Shown here piece by piece: positions 63,058 through 64,000 of a stretch of DNA of 64,000 nt; the first letter of the stretch is position 1, and every line of letters begins with the position of its first letter. A program made the position numbers and the translations under genes. The DNA is from Candidatus Poribacteria bacterium. Lineage in GTDB: Bacteria; Poribacteria; WGA-4E; PCPOR2b. The stretch spans positions 2,432,001-2,496,000 of the forward strand of contig OZ244587.1 in the NCBI GenBank assembly GCA_965218095.1, in the 5' to 3' direction. The notes beneath the pieces were generated by a model, which was not told the DNA's origin, did not search any database, and saw nothing but the letters and a program-made list of their open reading frames with translations.

Positions 63058-63314
63058 TCTTTATGTTTTACTCAATATGACTTCTAATAGTCCGGAGGAT
63101 GCTTGACACTGCTCCCGATGGATTGGCAAATCCATCGGCCATGGCGTGGATTTGTCAATTTGAGCGTAGCGAAACCCCGATCCATCGGGGCCACGCCGAG
63201 CAGGGTGTCGATCATCATGTTGACCAATACATAAAGAAATGATTTCCCAAATTTCCTGATTCCCTTTCTTCTCATTTTTCCATCTCCTTCCATTCCGCGA
63301 TTGGAACAATCTGC

Positions 63315-64000
63315 ATGTTAATTCCCCGACAAGTTATCGTCGTTGCAACGGCTGTAGCGATCTCACTGCTAGGTGATTCCACCCTTTACGCGGTTTTACC
63401 CTCCCACGCCGACCAACTCGGCATCAAACTCGTCTACGTTGGGGTTCTCCTCAGTGTAAACCGATTCGTCAGACTGCTTACCAATTCTCTGGCAGGCTAT
63501 GTCTATGATCACATCGGGCGGTGGTGGCACTTTGTCGCTGCGCTTGTCGTTGGCGGCTGCACAACGGCTGCCTACGGGCTGTTCAAGGGACTCGGCGTGT
63601 TCCTGATCGCTCGCTTGCTTTGGGGAACCTCTTGGTCATTTTTACGGTTGGAGGGGTATGCAACAGTGATCAAACAGGCGACTGCGCAAAATCGGGGCAA
63701 ACTGATGGGTGTGTACGGATCGATTTCTGGGATAGGATTTTTCGCGGGCTCGTTTCTCGGTGGGATTCTCACTGATACCGTTGGCTTTCGTAACTGTGTC
63801 CTCTCCTTTGCCGCCTTGGCGCTTCTGTGTGCTGTCGCTGCTTTCCTCGAACTCTCACGAAACCACCCGTCCGAAGAAGGAGAGATAAGGAGACAAGGGG
63901 ACTCGGCGACAAAGGAAACAGATTTTCACATATCGCCCAGCGCGCAAAACGTACTACGCAATACGCAACACGTTTCACCGTCTCCTGAGCTTGAAGCAGA
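63315..64000 (+). CDS. MFS transporter, 5' part only; runs off the window end
   Basis: Open frame from ATG 63315: SLLGDSTLYAVLP, GVLLSVNRFVRL, GYVYDHIG, ARLLWG, RGKLMG; six TM segments then the central loop. Confidence 0.88.
   Translation, partial: MLIPRQVIVVATAVAISLLGDSTLYAVLPSHADQLGIKLVYVGVLLSVNRFVRLLTNSLAGYVYDHIGRWWHFVAALVVGGCTTAAYGLFKGLGVFLIARLLWGTSWSFLRLEGYATVIKQATAQNRGKLMGVYGSISGIGFFAGSFLGGILTDTVGFRNCVLSFAALALLCAVAAFLELSRNHPSEEGEIRRQGDSATKETDFHISPSAQNVLRNTQHVSPSPELEA

Overview
Bacterial chromosomal window of about 50% GC, dense in catabolic and accessory enzymes: three Gfo/Idh/MocA oxidoreductases, two PhyH dioxygenases, a sulfatase-fold enzyme, an NHL-repeat protein, an MR/MLE enolase, three ThDP enzymes and several peptidases. 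It also carries housekeeping genes (ygfZ-like, rqcH, rbsK, copA, htpX). The gene mix and the Rpn/NACHT remnants resemble Candidatus Poribacteria, but that is an inference, not a classification. No rRNA, tRNA or CRISPR array was recognised. Three things stand out. (1) Degenerate 7-bp (TACGCAA-like) and 8-bp (TTCCAATC/GGAAGAAT-like) repeats sit at many gene junctions and also read through in frame into proteins: the N-termini of two secreted proteins, the CopA N-domain and the central loop of an MFS transporter. One octamer block lies inside a small MITE flanked by TTA direct repeats. (2) There is widespread gene erosion by apparent C:G->T:A changes: at least eight in-frame stops at inferred Trp/Arg/Gln codons, plus matching missense changes in conserved motifs. 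(3) A Type ISP restriction-modification gene is broken by two frameshifts, one in a G8 tract. An intact IS5-family element, decayed IS1-like and IS5-like elements and several REP-like palindrome families are also present. All family assignments come from motif recognition by eye, not database searches.
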